Part shown: one piece after another, positions 50,616-64,000 of the stretch
Layout of the letters: each line of letters starts with the position of its first letter
How positions within the stretch are numbered: position 1 is the stretch's first letter
From: Callorhinchus milii
Lineage: Eukaryota
DNA length: 64,000 nucleotides
Reading direction: 5' to 3'
Assembly: GCF_018977255.1 (NCBI RefSeq)
Contig: NW_024704743.1
Location: 89,902,001 to 89,966,000 of the forward strand
The notes under the pieces: model-generated
Database searches by the model: none
What the model saw: the letters and a program-made list of their open reading frames with translations, nothing else
What the model was told of the DNA's origin: nothing
Made by a program: the position numbers and the translations under genes

Positions 50616-51201
50616 CCCTCTGAGATACTGAGTTTGGACTCTCAAATAAAACAAGTCTTCTATGTTAAATGTACCATCAGAAGAATGTAAGAGGAATATT
50701 GCTTACATCAGTAAATATCATTCTTTAATGCTAAATAGCTGGTTTGCTCCAAAGTAAAGATCACTGTTTAAATTGAAAAATGCATACCTGGGTATAAATC
50801 TGAAAATTAATGAAAATAATCACAGTATCAGCAGCAACTGGTATTCAATCGGCGAGTTCTAGATTTGTATTATTAAGTTTTCATCTGCACTATGTAACAA
50901 TATAAAAATGAATAAAGGATTAATATTCTGATTCAGGTGCTCTTTTAGATCAGTGAATAATAAAGAGAAGTGAAGGAAAATGTGGGGTAGAATATAGGAA
51001 ATTATGGATCTAGAAAAATCATCAAACCTCTACCTTCTACAGTCCATACAATACTTTTTCCATTAACTAGCACAATTCTATTTCACTGAGAAAAACTCTG
51101 TGCAGGTACTCGCTGAACTCTCAAAGTAATTGAGCAAAACCTCCAGAATATTCATCCAACTCCATGACTACACTATTCAATCCTATCCCTGGATTGAATA
51201 T

Positions 51202-51846
51202 GTGGAGTCCAGTAGCTGAGTGGTTAGAGCCCTCCCTCACAAGTGAGAGACCTGGGTTCGATTCCTGGCAGGGCGAAACCATGAGCCAGTTTCCTTACTC
51301 CATACCCCTGATAATAATCCCTCAAGAAAAAAAATGATAAATTGGCCACTTCAATCCACGACTGTTTGTGGGACACTGCTGTGCACAATTGGCTGTCACT
51401 GTTCGCCCACAAATATACAGTCAATTCACTTTACAGTATACTTGCTCGCTCTCTCCGCTCAGTGGGCTCCGGCCTGCCTCACATCCCCCACCTCACTCGC
51501 CCCACTATTGGCAGGCGGGCCTTCTTCCACTCTGCCCCCACCCTCTGGAACTCTATCCCGCAGTCCCTCCGCCTCGCAAGCTCCCTTGCCTCCTTCAAGA
51601 CCCATCTCAAGACCTTCCTCTTCGACCTTGATTTTGATCTCCCTGTTTCCCTCCCTGCCCTCCACCCTCCCCGATCCCAACCCCCAGCTCGGGTCCAAAA
51701 CTCTGTCTGTCCAAAGTCTTGGGTCGTCCTCCTGACGTGAAAGGCGCTATACAAATGTAATTTTGTTGTTGCTGTTATATTCTGTGAAGCGCTTTGAGAG
51801 GTCTAGAAGACTTGAAAAGCCCTATATCAAATGCAAGTATTATTAT
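51202..51846 (+). mobile_element. tRNA-Ala SINE split by an L2 3' fragment (51441-51775)
   Basis: SINE 51202-51440 resumes at 51776; TATA is duplicated on both sides of the L2. Confidence 0.88.
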
Positions 51847-52585
51847 ACTGGACCCTGCAGCACAGAAATCATTGTATCCCATGGAGTGTTTGTTCCTGTG
51901 TATGTGCTTGTTCCTATAACCAACAAAACTGTTCACAACTGGGTATTTATCCAGATCATTTCTGAAGGAGATAGTCAGCGCAGCATCATGTGACTTTTCT
52001 GGAAATTCGAAATATCAATGATTCATTAAGCAAACTCCTTCATATCGCTCATCCGGTTTTCCAATCTTAAATCCATATGAAATCAGGAAAGCCAGCTGAA
52101 GAGAGCATGTGTTTTTTCACCAAGTATTAATGACATTTAAATTAAAAATCAGTGCTAGAGATCAAAAACACAACCCCCTCGCTATATTGAAGATGAAGAT
52201 GGCCTCATCCTTCATTCTGTAAAGTTTGGAAGGAGATACCATTCTCTCAAAGTCAGTGGACTCTTCAGTTTCAAGCCCCAAATTAAGATGACTTTCCAGG
52301 TAAATAACACTTTGTTAATTATTCCTCGTAATGCAACATGCACAGTCACTGTATTTTACAGTAAATCCTTACATTTGATTTAACGTGAAAGGCACTAAAT
52401 CACATTTAAGCATTATTACTATTATTATAATAATTAATAATAATGCTTGCATTTGGTAAAAAACAGAATGAATTTAGGAAAGGTGACTTCTATTTCAGAT
52501 ACAAGTTTCCTTTTCTTACTAAATGGTAGAAAAGAAACAAGATTCTTGCACTGAAACAGAATTCTAGTTGTACAAACTAATTATG

Positions 52586-52900
52586 ATAATAATAATCCTT
52601 GCATTTGATATAGCACTTTTTCACATCTTCTAGACGTCTCAAAGCGCTTCACAGAATAGACTGCAAAGTGAATTGACTGTATATTTGTGGGCGAAACGCA
52701 GCAGCTAATTGCGCACAGCAGTGTCCTATAGACAGTCGTAGATTGAAGTGACCAATTTGTCATTATTGTTTTTTTTCTTGAGGGATTATTATCAGGTGTG
52801 CGGAGTAAGGAAACTTGCCCAAGGTTTCACCCTGCCGGAAATTGAACCCAGGTCTCTTGCTTGCAAGGCAAGTGCTCTAACCACTGAGCTACAGGACTCC
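52586..52900 (-). mobile_element. Full-length tRNA-Ala SINE
   Basis: Same family, CCTGATAATAATCCC junction variant. Confidence 0.9.
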
Positions 52901-53356
52901 ATGTCTGGAGAGATTTACCTTGTAGCAGGTATTTTATGCCAGTGTGAACTGAGCCTGCCAAACACCTACACACCTACATGGAAAACAAGTCTCAATTTGC
53001 GGTAGGACAAAAAAAAACACGCTTTATCAAAGGCATAGTTAATCGTCTAAGCGTTAGATTAATGCTGTTCAGATCACGATTGTATTGCTCAGCGACTGGC
53101 AATTGGGTTAAATCCCATTACGTTACTCACTTTATATGAGGCATGCAGTTTAATACCAAATTTAAAGGTGCCGTTTTGTGACCTAGATTTGATCTTACTT
53201 TCTCTTACATGATTCATTGTAATGGTGTCACAAGGCTTTTATTAGTAATATGATCGCACAATTTATTAGTAATATTGTGCAATCATAAATGTTGCATTTA
53301 GGCTTCAATGGAGTTATTTTACAATCTTATGCTGCTGTTATTATACATAAAATGAT

Positions 53357-53668
53357 ACAGCAAGGTAATGGGTAACTTGGCTAAACCAGTCCGTGCCGGT
53401 AGATTGTATTGTGTATTATATTGTGCTTCTTGGCAGTTCTCGATTCCTAAAAGCTGAAACAAAGTAGTTTAGTATGATCTCTCTGCTTATCCCAAGGTTG
53501 CTTGAGGAAAACAGCAAGGTAATGGGTAACTTGGCTAAACCAGTCCATACCGGTAGATTGTATTGTGTATTATATTGTGCTTCTTGGCAGTTCTCGATTC
53601 CTAAAAGCTGAAACAAAGTAGTTTAGTATGATCTCTCTGCTTATCCCAAGGTTGCTTGAGGAAAACAG
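53357..53668. repeat. Tandem duplication, 2 x 154 bp
   Basis: Units start at 53357 and 53511; 2 mismatches; ACAG microhomology at the junctions. Confidence 0.95.
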
Positions 53669-55049
53669 AGTTCCAAATAAGTGCAGATGACTTGCCCGGT
53701 CCACCTGAACAGGGAGATAGGACTTGTGTTAACCATGCATGTGTTAACCACCCGTAGAGATTTTTGGAGTTTTCTCTACCAGTTATAGTGACAGTGTAGA
53801 CTGCTTAATGCACTTGAAAATCAGACAACATTCTCCCGGTGTCATGGCTAACAATCCCCCAAATAAAACTGCTCATTCGCGTCAAGGCTGTTTATGGGAC
53901 ATTGCTGTGTGTGGATAGCATTTATCTATAATCTCGTTTTTGTACAACGTCTTTTGTTAATTCTATTTTACTTTTGCGATACTCTTCTATTTTAAAACTT
54001 TGCACCCTGAGTCACAATAAACATATTACACAAATCTAAGCGACCGGCCAGAGCACACGTGAACTACAAGGTGCTGGTTGATTTGCTGGATAATATTGTC
54101 ATGTGCTGTTACACACGCAGGAGAAAAATATTTTCTGGTAGGTGCAAGTATCACAAGGTACCACGAGTTTCTATGACAACAAGGTTTCAATTTAAAACCA
54201 AAACGCTACACAAAAGCTTTTGATAGCGCCCTGCCAGATCGCGTGCGTCATACCACAAATTATATGCTGCTTCTCATCATTCCCTCGTCCCAAAATAGTC
54301 AGCCTCTAAAATATTTTCTAACAAATAATAGGACAATTATGGATAGGGAAGTTAAGCTAAAAGTATTCCAAGATTTGGTGAGTGAAAATCTCTATCTATG
54401 CTCAGTACAAAATGTGTCAGCTGCGATCGAATTGAAATTTTTCAGTTCATAAATAACTTAGCATTTCTGGTTGAATAATTTACATTTGCTTCAGCTATAT
54501 TAAAGACATTACGCCTGGTCTTAATCATATGGGGCTTGCATTAATGTTCTTAACGATTCCTAAGTCCCTACAGTTTAGGAATAAGAAAACTCTACAAAGG
54601 CACAGGAAGAAGGGGTCTCTCCCCCACCCATTGGTTGATCTTAACCTCACTTTGCATCATCTCCTCCAATGTTCTCTCTCCAACAAACCTAGCTAGTCCG
54701 TTTTTCTCAATCCATTTATGCTATTTCTTTTTATTATCTTCCTTTGTCAACTTACTCCATTCATCTATTGTGGTTCGAATGAACTACTTGTTAGAATTGT
54801 TTGCCTTGATCTTGGTGTGAAGTTCATACAACACAATTATTCTTATGATGTATGAGGTGACAAAAAGGACCCAGGCAGGATTGGAAGAGATAAACAATGA
54901 AGAGAATAGTTATTGCATTCACCAAATATGATCAAGGCAAACAAGTCTAAAGCATGCCATCTTCAGGAAACCTTCTAGGCATCTTGTCCCCTTCTTTGAA
55001 ATACCAACTAATGGTTTGTCTTTTGGTTACTCTTATTAATCAGCAGCAG

Positions 55050-55297
55050 TGTTTAGGAGGAACTTATTTGTGCAGAGAAAGGCAATAATATGGAACACAT
55101 TGGTGGAAGTCGTAGTTGAAGCCGAAAGCATCATTGTATTTAAGAATAAACTTGATGCACACATTAGGGAGCAGGTAATTGCGATATAGGAGAGGAGATT
55201 CGGAGGGTGGAGGCTCATATGAAGCATAAACACTGCAAAGGATTAGTTGGGTTGAATGTCTTGTTTCTTGGCTGTAACGGTCTATATCATTCTATAG
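55050..55297 (+). mobile_element. Old CR1 3' end
   Basis: FRRNLFVQRKAIIWNTL remnant and a CR1-like terminus. Confidence 0.6.
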
Positions 55298-56644
55298 CAG
55301 TTAGAGATCAGGAACACTTGTGAGTCAAAAAATTATAGAAAGTGGGGGTCAAATTGGAAATGTTTGCAGACCAAATGTTTGGTCAAATTGGAATGTTTGG
55401 TAATGCAAAGGCATCACCAACTTTAAGGGTATGAACTGCATCGGAATGTGGGATTATGGGAACTTCACTTTGCAGTACCACAACCCAGAAGCTTTGATGG
55501 TTCTGAGAGCAACATTGAGAGGAGTGTCTGAGAAGTGTAAGGCTCCAAATGGAATCAGGGAGAAGTGATTGATATCCAAACAGCAGGTAGAACAGACAAG
55601 GGTGGATAGTCAAGTTTCACTTCTACTGCTTCTATTTTCAGCTAATATAATACTATAAAGATCTAGTTTTGCCAAACATACTTTAAGTTATATGATAGAT
55701 GTTCACCAGAATTGGAAAATAACCCCAATATGTGGAACAGCTTGATCGATCCCTGGCATCATTATGAAAACTTCAATTTTGTTTCTTAAAAGTCTGTTCT
55801 TTTTCAATAAGACCAAGCGCACGTCCTCTTTGCTTTTTCTCATAATGCTAAATTCCCAAGATTTGGTATCTCAGGATAAAAAGTTGGAACTTCCACATTC
55901 ATGTCACTGGAATCCACTGAGCATCCACAAATTAACAAAAGTTTGTATTTCAAATCAATAGCTTTTTATTGGGTCTAATATGTGGTAATTTCTAACAGAA
56001 TTTCTTCATAAAGAATCTGGAATAAGGTCACGCTGACCCACAAGAACTTTTCTCCAACGCAATCTACTTTGGGAGTGGAGTTTCACGTTTGCTGTCCGGC
56101 AGAGGGAGTTTCTACTTAGGTTTATTATTAAGAAGGAATCCAGATAACAACAGTCACATAATAGATCTTATTAATTCAGTTAATTATCAGACATGAGATA
56201 CAGAGAAAATACATGAGGATGAATCGAGGGACATGATTTTTGCCCAATAGTGGCAATGATTGAAACTCAGTCACTTGCGACTGATCAGGCCACTCCACTG
56301 GTGAGGTACAAGATGTACCTTACGCCTCCTCACGTACGGTCAGTGCTCTAGAGCAGTCATAGAAACATGAGTCTCCCTAATCTTGCAACCATAAAATACA
56401 AAGTGAAGCACGCTCAAGCTGCAGAAACGTCTGAAGGTCAGATTTCTGTGGATAATGACATGCTTCACAGCTGAAGTTTTACTCTATGTCCTGTGGAGTT
56501 ATGTGTCAGCACGCAGCAGGATAGAGGTGGACTGGCTTAGGGTATGTCTACAAGTCATTTTTCTCTATAACAGTGAGTGAGAAAAGAATACCCCCAACTG
56601 CATTCATTTTGTTTGCTTTACACGGAAAACACAAATTAACTGAT

Positions 56645-57070
56645 ATTAATAATTCTTGCATTTGGTCTAGCACCTCATCATGTCAGAACAGCTCAAAGTT
56701 CTCACAGTTGTTTTTCTGTAAATTATAGTGACTGAATATTTGTCGGTGAATGTGGCAGCCAATTTCCACACAGCAAGATCCTGCAAATACCAGGAAGGGA
56801 ATGATTTTTAGCTGGGGGATTGTTCCCTAGCAAATCAGGAAAAATTCCCTGCTATTTTGAAATAGTGTAATGGGATCTTTAATGTCCACCTGAATAGGCA
56901 GCTGGGACCTTGGTGTATCATCATGAAGGACTGCACCTCTAACAATGCAAAGATCTGCCAGCATGGCATTGAAGTGTGAGCTTAGACTAAGAGCTCAAAT
57001 ACATGATGTGAGGCTTGAATCCACAACCTTCTGACCCAGAGCGGAGTCTGACCAACTGAGCTAGACTAAC
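56645..57070 (-). mobile_element. Older Deu-type SINE
   Basis: ATGGGATCTTTAATGTCCACCTGAA core; CTTGAATCCACAACCTTCTGAC...CCAACTGAGC head in reverse. Confidence 0.7.
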
Positions 57071-59320
57071 CCTTAAATATCAATCTAAAAATATTTTTCA
57101 TCTCTATCACAGAGAGAGAAATGTCTGCGTGGTTAAACAAAAATTCCGGATTTCTGCATTCAAACTAGTGTGAGATTTTACACAGGAATGTGATGGTCTT
57201 AACTGACATTCTGTGAATGCTCACAATACTAAATATGTAGCCACTACTACCCTACAAATGTCTGCGTGGGATTAGTACAGGTGGTAGCTTGCTGAACTTT
57301 ACCAAGGGAAGCTGCAGCTCTGCTACCCTCCTGCTGTCACGTCAGCTAATGAGAGTACCATTTGTCTTCATTTTAAACTGTTCAATTCTGTGAGGCGTAC
57401 AGGCCAAAAGAACTATTAACCTACCCATTAATAACCAGTCCATGCATTGCACTGAGGGAATCAGAGAAAGTTAAACAGCAGAACTTTAAGCCTTGGTTAC
57501 TATTTCATAAGGCTCTGATTGTGAAGTTGGCTTCACCATTGGTGGATAGGTTTGTGATTACTTTGCCTTCGGTTTTCTGGAGCTCCCTTTCCAAATCCTT
57601 GGGCTTTGCACTGTCCTCTCCAATTTCAAAATCCAGTTTAAAATCCTTCTTTCCACCATGAGATGTTACCCAGTGTATGGGGATAGGGCAGGTAAATCGG
57701 TAATTGATGATGAAAGGATTACTCTTAAAAGTGCCAGAACATACACAATCAATTAATTTGGGGGGATTGTACCATGAGAAACTCCCTTCTCTTTTTAACT
57801 AGTGTCATGGAATCTGTGAGCTTCAAGCCCTGAAATGGGGCATGAACCCAGAACCTTTTGACACAGAAGCAACAATGCTACCAACTGAGGCTAATTAACA
57901 CAACAAAATCAATATTGAACGAGTTAAGTAACTGTTTAGAATTTCAATAATCAACTGGTTTTGAGTGTGAATTGCTGCCCATCCTAAGAACCATGTTGGA
58001 GTCTGAAGGTTTCGGCCTTTGTTCTCCCAGTTACATAGTGCGGCATTCCAGGGCCACTTCACAGAGTACAGGCTTAATCAACATCGAGTTAAAATGGTCA
58101 GTGTGAAGCTACAATGAAATGATGTTCTTCACAATTGCAAACAATTGGGAACAAAGTTGAGTTCTGCAGGCCCAACTGTGATGTTAGTCGGGTGGAGAGG
58201 ACTGTCCATACAGAAACCAGTCAAAAATAACCAATTTAAATTCCAATTTTCCTGAACAGATTGCATATGTAATGAAGGATCACATTTGACTCCAAGTCCA
58301 TGCAACAATAACAGAAGCATTTTACCAATTAAACACATCACAATCTTTAGAGTGTTTGAAATTGGAAATTTCACTTATACTGAATTATAATGTGGCTCAG
58401 TTTCAGAGTCTGAAATAGAGGATGTGTTTACATCCTAGTTCTCAGCAAGGACACTGCATCAAGATAGAACATGCAGGGGGTCTGACACAAGGTGGCCAGA
58501 TTCATTACAAGAAAAAAGATATTCCTTCAAAACTGTTTTTCTTTAGAAACTGATAAAGACAGTACAAGAGTGGGCTGATGATCTATAATTAATCTCACGT
58601 AGGTAGGAATGAATAATTTTGCTGTGTTCCATTAATAGAGAGGCTCCTACTGCTCACTCTTCACATGTGATAATTGTCTTCACAAGCATAGGTCTCGCAC
58701 AGGCACCATCTAACCATAGGGATGCTCTCCGACACGGAATTAACACGTGACTTGCACACTGCCAGCTCAAGCAAGGGAGCTGCAAATGGGACATCATCCA
58801 GGAAACATATACTTGTCATCCTAACATATCATGTAAGTCATAGACCTGACTATGTATTCCTGTTCTGAATATCGAGGTAACACAGTAAGGTGCACACAAT
58901 GAAGGTTCAGCATTTTCTCCTAATGACAGATGTCAGCCTTGCTCAGTAAGTTTCATTCCTGTGTTCAAGCCCATGTTGGGTTCCTGAACTCATAGTCTAG
59001 GCTGACACTCCAATACAATGTTGGGGGAAAGCTGAATTTTCAGGAGTAGTTCCCTTCAAGTGAAGTGTTAAGCCAAGGTCGAGTTTGCCTGTGCCTGTTA
59101 TTGTGGATGTTAAAGATCCCACCGCACCATTGCTTTTCCTAATTTCTTTGAAGTCGAATTTCTTCCATGGTCCTTGCCAACAATCCTCCTGATAAAATTG
59201 ACCATTCACTTCATGCCTGCTTGTGCATGCCCAGAGATAAAGTCAGTAGACTGTACAGAAAAACAGTATTATTATTATTGCAAAACACAAAATACTGCAG
59301 ATGCTGGAAATCTGAAATGA

Positions 59321-59472
59321 AATAATAATCCCTCCAAAAACCAAAAACAATAATAAAAAAAATGGTCATTTTCAATCTACGACTGTATGTGGGACATTGC
59401 TGTGCGCAATTGGCTGTCGCGTTTGCCCACAAATATACAGTCAATTCACTTTACAGTGTGTTCTGTGAAGTG
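59321..59472 (+). mobile_element. Headless, tail-truncated young SINE fragment
   Basis: Starts at AATAATAATCCCTCC and is near-identical to the SINE body. Confidence 0.85.
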
Positions 59473-60144
59473 CCTTGGCTGGTTTGAGCTGGCTTTCAGT
59501 TCTTTGAGATGATTCAGTGAGTTCAGGTGACAGGCTCCACTTCAGAGACAGAACTGTAATGTAAAGGATGACTACCTCTGGAGATGATGTGTTGTGGACT
59601 GCTCTTTGGGAAACAGTGTCAACAATGGCTGCTTGCTCCTGTGGGAAACTGCTGTTCATTATGAATGAATGAACAAACTTGTAGTTTAATAATGTTAAAA
59701 TGCCTCAATATGCTTCATAGCAATACATGTAATGGCTGTGTTTTATAGACAAAAGTGGCAGGCATTTTGCAGACATCAAAATCTCACAAATAGTAATGAG
59801 ATGAATGACCTATTAACCAGGATGTTGTTGACCAGGAGAGAAATATTCTCTTTCCTAATTATATTGTGGGATTTGTAACTTCCACCTGAGCAGGATGGGA
59901 CTTTGATTTAACAGCCACTCTGACAATACAGCGCCTCACCCCCACCCACCCCTGGGCTGTGCTGAAGTGTTAGCCTGGCCTATGAGCTCACCTCAAGATG
60001 TGGGACTTGAACCTTCAACCTTCTGACCCAGAGCCAAGATTGCTCCCAAAGAATCCAAGCCGACATTATCATTGCCCATGACTGAGTTCTCAAATTAAAA
60101 GTTACAAGAAATGTCTTCTCACTCTGTGACAAGCATCTTCTCCC

Positions 60145-61320
60145 TATTAAGATAAGGGCCCATGGAAATGGGGGGAGCATATTAACATGGATTGGGGAAT
60201 GGTTAACGGGTAGGAAACAAAGCATAGGGATAAACGGGTTCTTTTCAGATTGGCGGGATGTGACTAGTGGAGTGCCAGAAGGATCAGTCCTTGGGCCTCA
60301 GCTATTTACCATCTACATCAATGATCTAGATGAGGACATCGAAGTTAACATATCTAAATTCGCGGATGACACAAAACTAGGAGGAAGTGTCAACACAGAG
60401 GACGACATTAAAAAAAATGCAGTGAGACATAGATAGGTTAGATGATTGGGCGGGTAGGTGGCAGATGAAGTATAATGTAGGGAAGTGCAAAGTCATCCAC
60501 CTAGGTAGCAAAAACAGTAGAGCGGGTTATTTTTTAGAAGGGGAGAGATTGGAATGTGTTAGCGTCCAGAGGGCCGTGGGTGTCCTTGTACACCAATCAC
60601 AGAAAGTTAGTCTGCAGGTGCAGCAGCAATTAGGAAGGCAAACGGTATATTAGTATTCATTATGAAAGGATTAGAGTATAAGAGTAGGGAAGTCTCGCTG
60701 CAACTGTATAGGGCCCTGGTGAGACCACACCTGGAATACTGTGTGCAGTTTTGGTCTCCTCATTTAAGGAAGGATGTACTTGCCTTGGAGGGGCTGCAGT
60801 GTAGATTTATTAGGTTAGTACCAGGGATGAAGGGGTTGAGATACGAGGATAGGCTGACTAATTTGAGCTTATATTATTATTATTATTATATTATTATTAT
60901 ATTCTCTAGAATATAGAAGAATTAGAGGGCATCTTATAGAAACCTATAAGATCATCAAAGGGCATGATAGAGTAGATAGTGGGAGATTGTTTCTCCTGGT
61001 TGGAGAAACTAAAACTAGGGGTCACAACCTTAAAATCAGAGGCCAGCCCTTTCGAACTGAGTTGAGGAAGAACTTTTTCACTCAAAGAGTGGTGAATGTA
61101 TGGAACTCGCTACCCCAAAGGGCTGTTGATGCTCAGTCCTTGAACATATTTAAGACTGAGATAGATAGATTTCTTATTGCGAAAGGGATTAAGGGATATG
61201 CGGATAAGGCAGGGTTAGGTTATTAGCTGGAGTTAGATTAGAAGATCAGCCATGATTGAATGGCGGGGCAGGCTCGAAGGGCCGAATGGCCTACTCCTGC
61301 TCCTATATGTTATGTTATTA
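60145..61320 (+). mobile_element. CR1-clade LINE, ~1.2 kb 3' part
   Basis: [36 protein letters not shown] and FFTQRVVNVWNSLP motifs; frameshifted. Confidence 0.93.
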
Positions 61321-62490
61321 TCACCTCCCCTCTAATGGCTTCTCCACTCACGCTTGCACGGTCACCTGTGGTGTACTGCATGGCTCTATCTCGAAACCTC
61401 TCCTATTCTTCAACTACATGCTTCCCCTTGGTGACATCATCTGCAAATATGGAGTAAATTTCCACATGTACATGTATAACACACAATTTTACCTCTCTGC
61501 TTCTACAAGATCACAAGATTAGTTGGATAAGGAAGGCCCTTTGGCCATCTGATCTCAACCTCACAAGAATACCCACCCACTGTCCTCACATCACAACATC
61601 AAGGTGCCTTTTGATGTGCCTTTGATATTAGGATTACTGATTTTCTGACTGCCTGTTGGATGTGAAGTCTTGGATGAGTCTCAATTTTCTTCACCTAAAT
61701 ATGGACAAGATGGAAACCATTCTCCTCAGATAATAATAATACTAACAACCGCTCTTTGCTTCTGGCTCTGAATTCCTCAACCTTCCCAGCCTCTCTCTCT
61801 CTCTCTAACTCACCAGTGTGCAACCTTGGCATTCGGTTTGACCATCAACTCCCTTTCTCGCCCTTCATATCTGGTCTCTGAGCAAGTCTGCTCTTCTATA
61901 TTTTTGCCACATCACCCATCTCCACACCTAGCTCACGTTCAATGCTGCGGAAGCTCATATTATTCCTTCATCATATTCAGACTTGTCTTTTCAAATGCAT
62001 TCCTCGCTGGCCTCTCCAGTTCCACGATCCACAAGCTCTAGTGCATCCAAAACTCTACCGCCCACATATTTACTTTGTATCCATACCATTGCCAGATTCC
62101 ACTGGCTCCCTGACTCCCATCAGATTGTCTATAAATCCCTTCACACCATTCCACACCCCTACCTCTGTTTTCTTCTGCAGAATCACTATTCTGCTCACCA
62201 CTCCACTTGGCAAACTCGAGCCTACTGCTGTCCTCCACCCGCTCCATTTCAGCATTGGCCGCCGAGTGTTCAGCCACTGTACCCCCACCTTCTGGACCTC
62301 TCTCTGGACCTCTCTCTGTCAACCCTCCATCTTGCCCTCTCTCTGTATATGATTAAAACCTGTTTAGAAACCGACTTCTTCAACCTTGCTGGTCACAGCT
62401 TCCTCCTAGCCCAATTGATTGTGCAGCACCATCTCTGAAAAGTGCTCCGAGATCTTTCTCTATGTGAAGAGTGTTATATAAGAACAAGCT
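61321..62490 (+). mobile_element. Old degraded L2 LINE, interrupted at ~61505-61620 by an inverted CR1-type 3' end
   Basis: [21 protein letters not shown] and FWTSL remnants with a degenerate L2 terminus. Confidence 0.72.
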
Positions 62491-63491
62491 GCAGTTGCCT
62501 GTGCGCATATTATACTATCCATGACTGTGAGGAGACATCATCCTTTGACTGAGACATTAAACTGACATTCCGTTTGTTTCCGCCTGTTTGCAAAAGGTTC
62601 ATATTAAAGATCGTGATTTTTACAATTACAATTTACCCTCACATAGCAGTTTTCACATCAGGACACACTCTCAAATTGTTTCATACTGCTGACTGGGAGG
62701 CCAAAAGAGAAGGGAGTTTATATTGTTATCCTAGAATAATATTGGATCATTCACACACCTGTCTGTTTGTGGGACTTGGCTAAACACAAAATGGGTGCTT
62801 TGGTTGGCTGTAAAAAACACTAATTCTGAAGCATAACAAACTTCAACATATGTGCAATTTAAAAATTCTCTCTCTCTTAAGGAACTTCCCCGATATCATA
62901 ACAAAAGTCTCTATTTTCAATTTCTAAACTGATTTGATTCTTGCCCTTTGCACTGTTGAGTTTCTGTTACAAACAAGATGAGTTCCACATCAACACTGGC
63001 TTGAGTATTACAAATGCTTATTATGTTTGAAGGGGCTATAAAGCCCATTGAGCAGAGAAAAAGAATAAGAATGATACTGAATAATTCATCTTGATTTAAC
63101 GGTAGATAAAGAATATTACCTTGTGTGACGGTCATGTCTCGGACAGAATATATAAAATCTATACATTCAGCAAATATTGATGTATCCAGTATTACTTATT
63201 AAGTAACTGAACAGGTGCGTAAATAAAATGGATAATCTCATGCACCCTACCCGGTTACAGAGTTTGTTGTAAGCTGCCTGGAAATGATGCTTATTCAAAT
63301 GCAAAGGGCAAATGGAACAACAATAAACTTGCATTTATTTAGTGCCCTTTTTGACGATAGCACGATAGTGCTGCAAAAAGCAAATTAGGAGGCAAAAAAA
63401 TAAATTAATATTGGAGGAAATGTATTTACTTTAATAACATAAGGGGTATGATAGCCATTGCTTTCATATATGCCACTGTAGCCCATATGGG

Positions 63492-63912
63492 TTTAGCCTG
63501 GCTGTTAGTAGCATTATCACCTATGACATAGAAGGTCGTAGGTTCAAGCCCCAAATTGTGACTTTGAACGCACAGTGTAGACTGACAATCCAATTCAGTG
63601 CTGGGAGTGCGGTTCATTGTCGGAGATTTATCCTTCCAATGGGACTTCAAACTGTCTGCCTGTTCAGGTGGGTATTAAAGATCCCATTGCACTATTCAAA
63701 AAGGAAAAAGCATTTCCTCCCGATGTCAGCGCCGACAAATCCCCGCATAAAATTCACTTAATGCTGTTTGTGGGACATTGCTGTGTGCAAAATGAACTGC
63801 AGCACATTTGCCTACAAAATTACAGTCGCTACCCTTTATAGTGAATGCTGTGAAGCACTTTGAGATGCCCTCCCAAGGTGAAAAGTTCTATATCAAATGC
63901 AAGGATTATTAA
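63492..63912 (+). mobile_element. Older Deu-type tRNA SINE
   Basis: TAGCCTGGCT head, GGTTCAAGCCCC box B, GTCTGCCTGTTCAGGTGG..TTAAAGATCCCAT core and the shared tail. Confidence 0.75.
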
Positions 63913-64000
63913 ATACATTACAAAAGCTTTCTGAATGAGGTCAGTGCAGAAAATCGGTTTATCAAATGTGTTCATCCAGCAAGATATTATACCCTGACCA

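Noticed and set aside
53357..53668. CRISPR-like array
   Set aside because: Two adjacent long units with no spacers, in a vertebrate context.
29350..64000. Upstream RIMS2 alpha/beta exons (e.g. KKRRSSIGAKMVAIV) or another host gene
   Set aside because: I found no matching peptide in the ORF track or by eye. Small exons could have been missed; TBLASTN would settle it.

Overview
Eukaryotic (vertebrate) genomic DNA. The repeat content (CR1/HER1-like LINEs, L2 LINEs with (TTG)n tails, tRNA-Ala and Deu-type SINEs) suggests a cartilaginous fish, possibly a chimaera; this is inference only. The one host gene is the 3' part of a RIMS2-like gene on the minus strand. Six GT-AG exons (28482-28620, 19281-19422, 16242-16354, 11430-11531, 9278-9417, 8116-8334) splice in frame to 855 nt, a complete 284-aa RIM2gamma-type protein: gamma-specific first exon, linker and C2B domain. 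A ~3 kb transposon-free 3'UTR follows, with a probable poly(A) site near 5130. The region 29-64 kb is most likely the large intron upstream of the gamma promoter; I found no alpha/beta exon there. The rest is dense retroposon debris with reciprocal nesting, young SINEs in both orientations, a degenerate palindromic MITE family and a 154-bp tandem duplication. Most ORF-track entries are LINE/SINE fragments or chance ORFs. The most interesting hypothesis is that near-identical inverted SINEs bracket three exons totalling 357 nt, whose back-splice would give a stop-free in-frame circle. I cannot demonstrate a novel system from sequence alone.
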